Assembly: GCA_963664015.2 (NCBI GenBank)
Contig: CAXXLF010000002.1
Location: forward strand, 896,001 to 960,000
Direction of reading: 5' to 3'
Origin: Candidatus Binatia bacterium
Lineage (GTDB): Bacteria > Desulfobacterota > Binatia > UBA9968 > CAXXLF01
Length of the DNA stretch: 64,000 nt
How positions within the stretch are numbered: position 1 is the first letter of the stretch; every line of letters begins with the position of its first letter. This document shows positions 41,763 through 53,336 of this stretch, in pieces. Position numbers and translations under genes: made by a program. Under the pieces are notes generated by a model that saw only the letters and a program-made list of their open reading frames with translations, was not told the origin of the DNA and did not search any database.

Positions 41763-42041
41763 ATGGGAAACAAATATTTTGATGTTGAATGCGAAATGAA
41801 TGCGGTGTTGAAGATCCGTGCAAACTCCGCAGAAGACGCAAAACTCAAAATGCAGTCTTGGGTGAAGGACACCGACCTCAATCGCCTGACTTCCAATGAG
41901 GACGTAACCTTTAAGTTCATTGATGGTAGGGGAACGGTTACGAACTCAGGAACTCCGAACTATGCACTGGATTGGGGAATATGGGACGCAGAAGGAAATC
42001 TAATTCCAACTGGTGGTTCATATGAGTTGGAGGTTGCGTGA
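41763..42041 (+). CDS. Small phage-like hypothetical protein
   Basis: AAGGAG RBS; IRANSAEDA motif; ends ELEVA with coupled next start. Confidence 0.6.
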   Translation: MGNKYFDVECEMNAVLKIRANSAEDAKLKMQSWVKDTDLNRLTSNEDVTFKFIDGRGTVTNSGTPNYALDWGIWDAEGNLIPTGGSYELEVA

Positions 42042-42388
42042 TGGAAACAGAACGAATGAAGGTTACATCATGCGATGAACTGCACGAAATTATCAAACCA
42101 AGAATATTACAGAGTTCCAGTGGGATACAGAGGATGGGTTTGAGATTGAAGAAGTAGAAGACGAAATAACAGTTTGAGATACCGAAACTTCTTTACCAAA
42201 CCGTGTCTCTCTCCTCGGTGTCTCAACTAAACATGGTTAGGAGACAGACACCCCCCTTGAGTTTGAACGACCTTGCTAGTCTACAAATGCAACTAGGTTC
42301 CCTAGATTATAAAATTCCCGCCGCCAGAAATCTCACCAGAGGGTGCTCACGTTCCCCTAGAATTCTGCCAGGGGTTGATTGAACTTCC

Positions 42389-42741
42389 CTATTCCTCATC
42401 GTATTCCACCCACATCTTGGATATGACAGGTTGATACTTCTTATTCCTCAATTCTAATCGTTCCTGTCGTTCCCTGTATCGTTTGATTACCGAATAGACA
42501 TATTGGGTTCTCCACTCACTTCCCTTGTGCGTCCTCACACCTAATTCGTTGAGATGTTTTGCAATCTTCCTGTATCCCATCCCATTCTCGTGTAGGGATT
42601 GCACGAACTCATACAATTCCTCCTGTTGTGGGGAATAGTTGCGTTTGTTGTATTCGGGATTCAGGTGGTTGAATCGAATTGAAACGGTGAAACAGAGGTA
42701 ATTTGCGTATCCACCGTTAGAAGAAAAAGGACTGTTCTCAC

Positions 42742-42769
<28 letters not shown>
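42389..42769 (-). CDS. Recombinase-type DNA-binding HTH frame, open across the glmS stop
   Basis: GMGYRKIAKHLNELGVRTHKGSEW..V resembles the PF07508 recombinase-domain HTH; no stop until 42770-42772; start uncertain. Confidence 0.65.
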
Positions 42770-44571
<1,802 letters not shown>

Positions 44572-44604
44572 GATCTCTAACGACTGCCTCCTGGATCCTA
44601 CTCA

Positions 44605-46002
44605 TCATTTCTTCCTATGCATTTGCCTGAAGCGCTCTACCCATCCAGCTATGTGCTTCTGGGCAACGCGACTGAGTGCCAAGGCCCCGGGCGGTACATC
44701 CCGCGTGACGGTGGAGCCGGCACCGATATAGGCATCGTTTCCAACCGCCACGGGGGCTACAAACTGGGTATTGCTACCCACTTGAACCCTATCCCCAATG
44801 GTCGTTCGGTGCTTATCGAATCCGTCGTAATTGCACGTAATGGTCCCAGCCCCGATGTTGCTCTCTTGGCCGATGACCGTATCACCAATGTAGCTCAAGT
44901 GATTGGCTTTTGTTCCGTTTCCTACCGTGGAATTCTTCACCTCAACAAAGCTCCCGATATGGACATTGCCCTTGAGTTCGGTCCCCGGCCGAATATGGGC
45001 GAAGGGCCCCACCTCGACTCCATCGGCTGCATCGCAACCGTTGATCACTACGTTGAATTTGAGATGCACGTCATCGCCGAAACGTGAATCGACAACGTAC
45101 GCGTTGCCATCGATTTGGCACCGCTCACCTAGAACGGTGCGCCCCGACAAATGCGTATTGGGTCCGATCACGCTGTCTTTACCGACCGTCACCCTCTCTT
45201 CGATGTAGGTGGTCAGAGGGTCCTTAAGGGTAACACCGGATTCCATCAGTCGGCGGTTGATCTTTTCCTGCAACGATCTTTCCATCATCGCAAGCTCCTC
45301 TCTAGCATTGATACCCAAAATTTCCTGAGGGTGGGCCATTACAACAGTTTCTATCCGTTTCTTTGACCTCGCAGCCTCACCAACGATATCGGGGAGGTAA
45401 AACTCGCCCTGTTGATTGTTATTGGTCAGACCCTTTAGAGCGGTGAAAAGAAATTCACAGGCCACTGCATATATACCTGCATTGACCTCGTCGATCTTTT
45501 TCTCCGACTCGTTGGCATCCCTTTCTTCGGTGATTCGGACAACGTGACCGGTAGAATCGCGAAGGATCCTACCATACCCAAAGGGTTCCTCTAGGTGCGC
45601 CGTTAGAAGGGTGACCGTTGATTTCTGCTCACGGTGGTGGCGTACCAGGCTTGCCAGGGTGCTACCCGTTATTAAAGGGACGTCCCCACTAAGTATCAAA
45701 AGGTCTCCTGAAAAGTCAGTGAAGGTCTCCCGGGCACAAAGAACCGCGTGGCCCGTGCCCAGTTGTTCATTCTGAACTACCCAGGTGATCTCTTCCTCGC
45801 CGCAGGCCCGCTTGACCTCCTCCGCTCCATATCCCACAACCGCTACGATCTTCGCCGGCTTTAACTCCTGTGCGATCCCCAGTGGATATAAAATGAGAGG
45901 GACCCCGTTCAGGCAATGAACCACCTTGGGCCGATCGGACCTCATCCGTTTACCCCGACCTGCTGCAAGGATAATGACGCCAAGCTGTTGCATATCCGTC
46001 AA
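44605..46002 (-). CDS. glmU: Bifunctional UDP-GlcNAc pyrophosphorylase/acetyltransferase
   Basis: LAAG.GKRM.S..PK, QLGTGHA, GAGTITCNYDG, hexapeptide repeats. Confidence 0.97.
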   Translation of the reverse strand: MTDMQQLGVIILAAGRGKRMRSDRPKVVHCLNGVPLILYPLGIAQELKPAKIVAVVGYGAEEVKRACGEEEITWVVQNEQLGTGHAVLCARETFTDFSGDLLILSGDVPLITGSTLASLVRHHREQKSTVTLLTAHLEEPFGYGRILRDSTGHVVRITEERDANESEKKIDEVNAGIYAVACEFLFTALKGLTNNNQQGEFYLPDIVGEAARSKKRIETVVMAHPQEILGINAREELAMMERSLQEKINRRLMESGVTLKDPLTTYIEERVTVGKDSVIGPNTHLSGRTVLGERCQIDGNAYVVDSRFGDDVHLKFNVVINGCDAADGVEVGPFAHIRPGTELKGNVHIGSFVEVKNSTVGNGTKANHLSYIGDTVIGQESNIGAGTITCNYDGFDKHRTTIGDRVQVGSNTQFVAPVAVGNDAYIGAGSTVTRDVPPGALALSRVAQKHIAGWVERFRQMHRKK

Positions 46003-46099
46003 GTTAAAAACCCGATTATAGCCGAACTCCCTTACCCGTCAAAGGGGCATCAATACACTACGGCCGTTCTCAGATTCTGAATAGATCTTTGAGAATGAT

Positions 46100-46525
46100 C
46101 TATGGCTGATGAAAGCCGGATCCTTGCAGACGGTTACCAACCCATTGCACCAGATCATCCGGGGTGGGGAGATTACCAACGTGCAGCGCCCTTCCATTGA
46201 AGATAACAGAGGCGGGGCTGATCCCGAAGAGAAGAGTCCTTATAAAAACCCTGAAAGGTGGTCGGTATCTAAAGAAATCCCCAATGAGAGTCGGGATGAG
46301 ATAGATCACGTTTCGAGGATCCACCACGTCAATCATAATTCCATCGCCGAATCGGCGACGCAGGGCCAAATAAATTTCGCCTACTTGATTCATTACCCGC
46401 CGTACCGGCTCGTAATCTGGTACCTCATGGCTACCGAAGGCGTCAATTCCTTCAAGGCTGCCGGCGCAATCGCTGCAGCTCAAAGTTTCGGCATTTTCCC
46501 GGACGAGAATGATCCTTGGCTTCAT
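46100..46525 (-). CDS. CxxC thioredoxin-like protein coupled to cstA
   Basis: SCSDCAG, VVDPRN, P..IFNG; ATGA overlap with the cstA stop. Confidence 0.65.
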   Translation of the reverse strand: MKPRIILVRENAETLSCSDCAGSLEGIDAFGSHEVPDYEPVRRVMNQVGEIYLALRRRFGDGIMIDVVDPRNVIYLIPTLIGDFFRYRPPFRVFIRTLLFGISPASVIFNGRALHVGNLPTPDDLVQWVGNRLQGSGFHQP

Positions 46526-48234
46526 CCTGGACCTGGAGCCCCAGCGGGAACCGTTGCCGGAGGTTCTGTCCCTTTCAAGATCCGAACCGCTTTCACCACC
46601 AAATACAGGGAGCTGATCAAGATCATCACACCAATGGCCAAAAGTCCCCAATTTCCTTTAAGCCAGAAGCCCTTCAAGGTCAGAAGCATGGCCCAGCAAG
46701 TCATAAAAAGTAATATCACCATAGGAGTCAAGGTGTAGGCTATGGGTCTCTTCAGCTTGACCAGAAAAACACTGATCACCAGGAGGGCCAGGCTGGCAAG
46801 CAACTGATTTGTGGTTCCAAAGAGGGGCCAGATGACGAGACCACCGGCACCCTTACCGTCATAGAGTGCCAGCACTCCTGTCGTTACGACGGCAAAGAGG
46901 GTTGCAAACCATCCCTTAGTCAACAGAGGGACATGGAGTATCTCACCGAACTCGTGGGTGACATATTTTTGAAGTCTCAAACCCGTATCCATTGTCGTCG
47001 CTGCAAAACTCACGACGACAACGGCCGCGAAGGTAGCCCCGATGGTCTGTGAGATTCCAAAGCCCTTGTTGAGGAAAAAGCTGATCCCGTCAACAAAGGC
47101 ACTAACCTTGGCACCCAATCCAGCGGCTCCGTCCCAGGTGGCATAGTGCTCATTCCAGGCCCCTGCGGTGGCAAACCCACCGGCACACGCCAAGATGGCC
47201 ACCAGGGCCAGGCACCCTTCTCCCAGGGAACCCAAATAACCTACGGGCCGGGCATCCGTCTCTTTATCCAGCTGCTTCGATGTCGTTCCCGAAGACACCA
47301 CCGCATGGAAACCGGAGATGGCGCCACAGGCAATAGTGATAAAGAGAAAAGGGATCATTGCCGGCGCTCCCGGAGGACTGGGTCGGATAGCCGGGGCAAC
47401 CAGAATAAGCCCGTCTGCGGTGAAGGTACCAATAATCACCGCCAGAAATACCGCTGTCAATCCGAAATAGAGCTGGTGACCGTTAAGGTAGTCTCGGGGC
47501 TGTAGCAGCACCCAGACCGGGAGGAGTGTGGCAACCAAGCCGTAGGCTAGCAACACGATAACCCATGTCACAACCGGGGTTCCTATGGCCGGGACCCTGA
47601 CCTCCCACCCATTGACACCGGCTACCACGACAAGAATATACATGATCAAGACAGCACCGATAGAAGGGAGAAGAATGCCAGCCCCCTTGTGTTTATAGAT
47701 CAACCACCCGATACCGAGAGCCAATGGGATCTCAACCAAAATCGGGATCACCGACGTAGGGAAGCGGATAAAGAGAGCTGCAATAACCAGGGCAAAGACA
47801 GCGTTAACCATAAGCACCATGAAGTAAATGACGATCATGAACAGGACTCTTGCCCGGTGACCGATGAGACCAGCCGTAAGTTGGCCGATGGATTGTCCCT
47901 TATGCCGCGTAGAAACCCAGATGCTACCGAAATCATGGGCGCCCGACGCGAATATGCTTCCGATCACCACCCATAAAAAAGCTGGTAGCCACCCCCAGAT
48001 CATGGCAATAGCCGGTCCCACAATGGGAGCCGCACCGGCCACCGAGACAAAATGGTGCCCCATAAGAATATGCTTGCGGGTCGGTACGTACTCCACCCCG
48101 TCCTCCAACTCGTGCGCAGGCGTTTTGAAGTTGGGATCGAGTCGATAGATTTTTTCGGCTAAGAATTTCGCATAGGTTCGGTAAGCCAGGTAGAAGAGAC
48201 CTAGACCGACAACCACCAAGACCAACGAGGGCAT
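46522..48234 (-). CDS. cstA: Carbon starvation CstA-family transporter
   Basis: TPAH..DG.EYVPT, GHHF.SVAGAAPIVGP, FITIACGAISGFH, WPLFGTTNQLLA. Confidence 0.93.
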   Translation of the reverse strand: MPSLVLVVVGLGLFYLAYRTYAKFLAEKIYRLDPNFKTPAHELEDGVEYVPTRKHILMGHHFVSVAGAAPIVGPAIAMIWGWLPAFLWVVIGSIFASGAHDFGSIWVSTRHKGQSIGQLTAGLIGHRARVLFMIVIYFMVLMVNAVFALVIAALFIRFPTSVIPILVEIPLALGIGWLIYKHKGAGILLPSIGAVLIMYILVVVAGVNGWEVRVPAIGTPVVTWVIVLLAYGLVATLLPVWVLLQPRDYLNGHQLYFGLTAVFLAVIIGTFTADGLILVAPAIRPSPPGAPAMIPFLFITIACGAISGFHAVVSSGTTSKQLDKETDARPVGYLGSLGEGCLALVAILACAGGFATAGAWNEHYATWDGAAGLGAKVSAFVDGISFFLNKGFGISQTIGATFAAVVVVSFAATTMDTGLRLQKYVTHEFGEILHVPLLTKGWFATLFAVVTTGVLALYDGKGAGGLVIWPLFGTTNQLLASLALLVISVFLVKLKRPIAYTLTPMVILLFMTCWAMLLTLKGFWLKGNWGLLAIGVMILISSLYLVVKAVRILKGTEPPATVPAGAPGPG

Positions 48235-48561
48235 AGGACAACCTCCTTTGACAATGGGAACACTCTTCCCCAATAAGGTAATTTATGGGGCATACGGTGC
48301 GGTCATGGCCCCTGCCAATCGTTTACAGTTTGGAAAGACTCTGATTTCACTTCGAAGGGGTCCTATCCTCGGACCAGATCTGGCCCAAAATTCTGACCCT
48401 ACGGGGATCGCAAATGGCAAAGAAACCAACTGATAGCTACGATGCCACGTTACTGGAAAAATTACTAGTACTACTGCAACCTTATTGACTTGACAGCGTT
48501 TCACTAACTTGCTACAAACCGGAGCATTGGGTGGTTGAGGTATGGGAGAGGGATCATCTTA

Positions 48562-48735
48562 ATGCAGGAAGCAGATGAGGAGCTTTTAAATAGTCGAGAA
48601 GTTGCCCAGATTTTGGATATGAGCCCCGACACCGTCAATGAATTTGCAAGAAAAAGCATCCTACCCGCCTTCAAGAAGGGAAAGCAGTGGCGCTTTCGTA
48701 AACGGGACATTTCCCCTTCAGCAAGAAACAAGTAA
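48562..48735 (+). CDS. HTH_17 (excisionase-like) DNA-binding protein
   Basis: LLNSREVAQIL..TV..LPAFK.GKQWRF. Confidence 0.75.
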   Translation: MQEADEELLNSREVAQILDMSPDTVNEFARKSILPAFKKGKQWRFRKRDISPSARNK

Positions 48736-48797
48736 GGGAGATCCAAGCAGCCTGATCCCCGGCACGGTGGGTATCGACTAATTGGGAAGTGGGGAGT

Positions 48798-49502
48798 ATG
48801 CCTGAAACTGGAGCCCATGAGAGTAAATTATACTCGGATCTCTCGCCGCTTTACGATAAAGTTTTTGGAAAGATTTTCTACTCAAGACTAAAATACGTCA
48901 TCAAGACTCTCAACCTTCCTCCCGGTGCCGAGATATTAGAGCTAGGTGTTGGTACGGGAACTTCGTTTCCCGCGTATCCCAGACACTGTGAAGTGATCGG
49001 GGTGGACCTCGCTCCCGACATGTTAACCCATGCCCGATCGAAGATTAAGGAGAACGGCTGGACCCATCTCAAGGTATTGAAGATGGATGCCCTCAACCTT
49101 GATTTTCCCGATAACTCTTTCGATTATGTGATGGCCTTTCACGTGGTTACAGTGGTCCCGGATCCGATCCGAATGATAGAAGAGGCCAAACGTGTTTGCC
49201 GATCCGGCGGTAGGATAGTCATCGTGAATCACTTTACCAGTGAATCGCCAATTTGGGGCGGGTTAACCGAGGCCCTGGACCCGGTAACTCGCAAACTCGG
49301 ATGGCGCACCGACCTCAAGCTCAATCCGTTTATGCGCGCGGCTCAATTGAAGATCGAAAAAGTTTATAAACTCTCCAAGCTTTCCCTCTACACGGTCCTC
49401 CAAGGCTACAACGAAAAAAACGGCAACGGACATCACGATATGCCCATTAAACGGACCGTAGCACCGGTGATTGAAGATTTGCAGCCGCCGGAAGAGCCCT
49501 AA
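48798..49502 (+). CDS. Class I SAM methyltransferase (PmtA-like)
   Basis: LELGVGTG, GVDLAPDML, MDA..L.FPDNSFD, IVIVNHF. Confidence 0.85.
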   Translation: MPETGAHESKLYSDLSPLYDKVFGKIFYSRLKYVIKTLNLPPGAEILELGVGTGTSFPAYPRHCEVIGVDLAPDMLTHARSKIKENGWTHLKVLKMDALNLDFPDNSFDYVMAFHVVTVVPDPIRMIEEAKRVCRSGGRIVIVNHFTSESPIWGGLTEALDPVTRKLGWRTDLKLNPFMRAAQLKIEKVYKLSKLSLYTVLQGYNEKNGNGHHDMPIKRTVAPVIEDLQPPEEP

Positions 49503-49699
49503 GGTTTCCGACCAGATTTTTCCTTCTTCTCTCCTTTTTCCTGGGAGACTTCCTCTGAGCCTTCATCGGTCACACCTTTTTTAAAATCACGGATCGCCTT
49601 TCCAAGACCACTCCCGATCTGCGGCAGCCGCCCCGGGCCAAATATAATCAAGGCAATGACCAGGATAATTAATAGTTCTTGAAAACCAAGTCCAAACAT
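49499..49699 (-). CDS. tatA: Twin-arginine translocase subunit
   Basis: MFGLG.QELL..IFGPGRLP.IG..LGKAIRDFKK. Confidence 0.92.
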   Translation of the reverse strand: MFGLGFQELLIILVIALIIFGPGRLPQIGSGLGKAIRDFKKGVTDEGSEEVSQEKGEKKEKSGRKP

Positions 49700-49774
49700 A
49701 AGGCCTCCTAGAATCCCGAATCCGCTCCCGTGGGTGCCAGCCCATTCAGGAACTCTTTTGCGATGATAGTCTAC

Positions 49775-50737
49775 CTAGCTCCCTGCCTCTTCTACAACCG
49801 GCTCCCGTCGTTTCCGGAGAATGAATACGATCCCGCCGACCATGCTATCGAATACGCCGACCATCAACCAAAGGAGGCTGAAGGCAAGGGCCTTCTCCTT
49901 GCTGACATCAATCCGTTGGAGCATAAATACGTACCCCCCCTCACGCAACCCAATACCGTTGAGACTGATCGGGATGGCGCTAAATGCACCGACCAGTGGA
50001 TAGAGGATAAAGGTATAGGACCAAGGAATATTGAGGTCGAGTGACCACCCCAGCAAAACGTGCAACACAGCCTGGCTGAAGTGTATGACCACGGAAAGCA
50101 ACATGCTTTTAGCCACCACCCAGCGTTTGGAAATGTAGGTTTCTATGGCAACCTTAAACCCCTCACCAAGACGTTGAATGCCCCCACCTAGGAAGCGATA
50201 CACGACAGGCAACAACAACCATCCCAGAAGAAACCCCAGGCCTAATCCATACGTCAGGTACAGGATAGGAAGAGGAATATCGTAGGCGGGGAAAATTAGG
50301 AGGGCGATCGCCACAACCCAGATGAGAACAGACATCCCTACGACACGATCGGCAATCACGGTGCTCAGGGCAGTAGCCGTCCAACTGATCCCGCTCTTCA
50401 TCTTGGCCCCGGGACCACTGCTAGCTAGGTAATAGACACGTCCCACGTCCCCACCAACGGTGCTAGGGGCAAATAGGTTAAAGAACATTCCTATCAAGTA
50501 GTAGGCCGCAAACTCGCGGAAGGGCTTCTCGAATCCCACCGCACGGGCCAGCACCGCCCATCTGACGGCGCTGATCAATTGGGTTGCCAGATACGCGACC
50601 AAGACGACGACCAGATAGAAAGGGTGTGCCGAGGTCATAACGTTGAACAGCCCTTTGACCTCAATCTGGGTAAAGAGATAGGCCAACAGCCCAACACTAA
50701 CCAACACCTTGAGAAGTAGGGGTAGGGAACGTCTCAT
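49775..50737 (-). CDS. Lysylphosphatidylglycerol synthase-like TM (flippase-like) protein
   Basis: RW, IGMFFNLFAPSTVGGD, DR, PISLNGIGLRE. Confidence 0.85.
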   Translation of the reverse strand: MRRSLPLLLKVLVSVGLLAYLFTQIEVKGLFNVMTSAHPFYLVVVLVAYLATQLISAVRWAVLARAVGFEKPFREFAAYYLIGMFFNLFAPSTVGGDVGRVYYLASSGPGAKMKSGISWTATALSTVIADRVVGMSVLIWVVAIALLIFPAYDIPLPILYLTYGLGLGFLLGWLLLPVVYRFLGGGIQRLGEGFKVAIETYISKRWVVAKSMLLSVVIHFSQAVLHVLLGWSLDLNIPWSYTFILYPLVGAFSAIPISLNGIGLREGGYVFMLQRIDVSKEKALAFSLLWLMVGVFDSMVGGIVFILRKRREPVVEEAGS

Positions 50738-50792
50738 CGTCCGTCAGGCCCAAGTTTTGTGAAGGCCTGTTTCCAATTGGCGGTCGGGCGAT

Positions 50793-51452
50793 TCATCCCT
50801 CGAGAGGCGGGTAAACCAGGGTTCGATTTTCCTTGGCCAACCCGTCCACCTGGACCCTTCTCCCTACGACACGTAGCCGGCCCTCACTGTAGAGTTGGAT
50901 GGCCCTTGGATAGATCTTGTGTTCTTCTTCCAGAATTCTAGAGCTCAAGGTTCCCTCTTTATCGTCGGGACACACGGGAACCACCGCCTGTATGATTATG
51001 GGTCCTTCGTCGCATTCCTCATTGACAAAGTGAACGGTACAGCCTGAAAATCGGGCTCCATACTCCAAGGCCTTTCGCTGCACGTGGAGACCTGGAAAGG
51101 CTGGAAGCAAAGCTGGGTGGATATTCATAATCCGGTTGGAGAAACTGCGAACAAACAGAGGCGACAGAAGCCGCATGAAACCTGCTAGAACAACGAGCTC
51201 CACTTGTCGTGAATGCAGGAGATCAACCATCGCCTGATCGAAGGCTACGCGGGTCGGAAACTTTCGGTGGTCGAGAACCTGGGTTTCAATCCCGTGGTTC
51301 CGTGCCCGAACAATGCCGTAGGCATCCTCCCGATTGCTGATGACCACACGAATCACCGCATCGAGTCGTTTCTGCTCGATGGCGTCGATAATCGACTGCA
51401 GATTGGTCCCGCTACCCGAGATGAGCACTCCTAGTGGAACCTGCCTTGCCAT
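50793..51452 (-). CDS. purN: Phosphoribosylglycinamide formyltransferase
   Basis: SGSGTNLQ, LAGFMR, NIHPALLP, GCTVHFV..D.GPII. Confidence 0.96.
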   Translation of the reverse strand: MARQVPLGVLISGSGTNLQSIIDAIEQKRLDAVIRVVISNREDAYGIVRARNHGIETQVLDHRKFPTRVAFDQAMVDLLHSRQVELVVLAGFMRLLSPLFVRSFSNRIMNIHPALLPAFPGLHVQRKALEYGARFSGCTVHFVNEECDEGPIIIQAVVPVCPDDKEGTLSSRILEEEHKIYPRAIQLYSEGRLRVVGRRVQVDGLAKENRTLVYPPLEG

Positions 51453-51456
51453 AGGA

Positions 51457-52500
51457 TTACCAAACCAGGCTCACTCCTTTCCGTCCGTTCTTTATCTCCC
51501 CAATAAGATAATAGGGTTCTCCCATTCGCTTCAGGGAACGCTTGACTCCGTCCACGTGCCTTTTCCCGACAATGAGGACCATCCCCAGACCATTGTTAAA
51601 GGTGCGGTCCATCTCTCTCTGGGACAGGTGCCCTAACCTCTGAATCAAGTCAAAGATAACCGGCTGGGGCCAACTTCCACGTTTAACCCACGCCGTCTTC
51701 CCGGCAGGCAGGACTCTGGAAAGATTACCGGAAATTCCTCCCCCAGTAATATGGGCAATTCCCTTGAGCGTGTGCTGTTTGAGCAGCGCCCGAATCACCT
51801 TGGTATAAATAACTGTGGGCTCCAGCAATTCCTCCCCCAGAGTACGCCCCAAATCCGGGACCTTGCTTCCGAGTTTGATCCCTCCCACTTCAAGAAGAAC
51901 CTTGCGCGCCAGCGAGAAGCCGTTACTATGCAACCCACTGGAAGGCAACCCAATTACACAGTCGCCAGAAGCGACGGATGACGGACGGGGGATCTTGGCC
52001 CGTTCGACCACGCCGACGGCGAAGCCCGCCAGGTCGTATTCGCCGTCGGGGTAAAATGAGGGCATCTCCGCCGTTTCTCCTCCGATAAGGGTACATTCCG
52101 CTCGCCGGCATCCTTCGGCTATACCACGGATCACTTCAAGGGTTGTTTTGGGCCTGAGCTTTCCTGTCGCGAAGTAGTCGAGAAAAAAAAGGGGCTCGGC
52201 TCCCTGAGTCAAGATATCGTTGACGCCCATGGCTACGAGATCGATCCCCACCGTGTGATGTACACGTGTCATAAAACCAATCTTGAGCTTGGTACCGACA
52301 CCGTCGGTAGAAGACACCAGGATCGGATGGCGATACCGTCGAGTGGGAAGACTGAACAGCGCACTAAAGCCACCCACTCCGGCCATGAGCCCCGGCCGGT
52401 GGGTCTTGCGCGCCAGGGTGCGGATGGAGCCGATCATGCGGTCCGCCACAGTGATATCGACTCCGGCCTTCTTGTAGCTCATTGTTGATCGTGCCGGCAT
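51457..52500 (-). CDS. purM: AIR synthetase
   Basis: YKKAGVD, TDGVGTK, GGETAEMP, SSGLHSNG, HITGGG. Confidence 0.97.
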   Translation of the reverse strand: MPARSTMSYKKAGVDITVADRMIGSIRTLARKTHRPGLMAGVGGFSALFSLPTRRYRHPILVSSTDGVGTKLKIGFMTRVHHTVGIDLVAMGVNDILTQGAEPLFFLDYFATGKLRPKTTLEVIRGIAEGCRRAECTLIGGETAEMPSFYPDGEYDLAGFAVGVVERAKIPRPSSVASGDCVIGLPSSGLHSNGFSLARKVLLEVGGIKLGSKVPDLGRTLGEELLEPTVIYTKVIRALLKQHTLKGIAHITGGGISGNLSRVLPAGKTAWVKRGSWPQPVIFDLIQRLGHLSQREMDRTFNNGLGMVLIVGKRHVDGVKRSLKRMGEPYYLIGEIKNGRKGVSLVW

Positions 52501-52622
52501 GTCAGTTCGTCGTTCCTCAGAGTTCCAGGGCAAGGAGTCCTCATTAAATCGAGCAAGGGGGGAATAAACGATTTGCCATTCCCGGATCCCAAATGCTTCT
52601 ATTGTACAGAGACGAGGCGATT

Positions 52623-53333
52623 TCAGGAAGGAGAAACTGTATCATCGTCTTGCTTCAAGACGACAAGCGCCTTCTTGGCAGCCTGCTGTTCCGACTGTTT
52701 CTTGCTCTTCCCTTCACCCCGACCCAAGACCTTTCCCCCGATAGCGATTTCCGTAATAAAGCGCTTCTCATGACTGGGGCCCGATTCCGCCACCAGTATA
52801 TAGGTCGGTGGGGCATGCATGAGCATCTGGCTGATCTCCTGGAGCCTCGTCTTGTAATCCCTGAGCCCCAACTTCTTCTGTTTGATCTCCCGTGAAAAAT
52901 GCTTTTCCACCACTCGGTGGGCCGCTTCGTAACCTCCGTCCCAATAGACGCCCCCAAGCACCGCCTCAAAGGCAGCCGCTAGAATGGACTCCTTTAACCT
53001 TCCGCCGCTGCGCTCCTCCCCTTTGCCTAACCGAAGCCGCTTACCCAACTCCAGGCTTGTGGCCTTCTCCGCCAGGATTACCGCGTTAACCAATGAGGCA
53101 CGCATCCTGGAGAGATCCCCTTCCTTCTTTTCCGGGTAACGCCGCATCAAGAGATCACTGACGGAAAGGTTCAAAACCGCGTCTCCGAGGAACTCTAGAG
53201 TCTCGTTATGATCGATCCCGTCACGGCGTTCGAAGGAAACGTGAGTAAGGCAGCGCAGAAGCAGCGAAGAATCGCTGAAAGAGTAACCCAATACCTCCTG
53301 CAGACGGAGCAGTAATTGCGAGTCCTTGACCAC
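52623..53333 (-). CDS. rnc: Ribonuclease III
   Basis: NETLEFLGDAVL, DYKTRLQE dsRBD, GEGKSKK..EQ.AA. Confidence 0.95.
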   Translation of the reverse strand: MVKDSQLLLRLQEVLGYSFSDSSLLLRCLTHVSFERRDGIDHNETLEFLGDAVLNLSVSDLLMRRYPEKKEGDLSRMRASLVNAVILAEKATSLELGKRLRLGKGEERSGGRLKESILAAAFEAVLGGVYWDGGYEAAHRVVEKHFSREIKQKKLGLRDYKTRLQEISQMLMHAPPTYILVAESGPSHEKRFITEIAIGGKVLGRGEGKSKKQSEQQAAKKALVVLKQDDDTVSPS

Positions 53334-53336
53334 AGC

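Larger units (their letters stand above)
34960..42741. mobile_element. Decayed genomic island integrated at the glmS 3' end (left edge approximate)
   Basis: Visible shift to AT-richer sequence directly after the glmS stop; recombinase/resolvase fragments and orphan ORFs. Confidence 0.75.

Noticed and set aside
34960-42741. Tn7 at attTn7
   Set aside because: No TnsA-D/TniQ-like ORFs and no recognisable TGT..ACA ends with repeated TnsB sites
48562-48735. Prophage excisionase
   Set aside because: No integrase or att site nearby; more likely a stand-alone HTH_17 regulator
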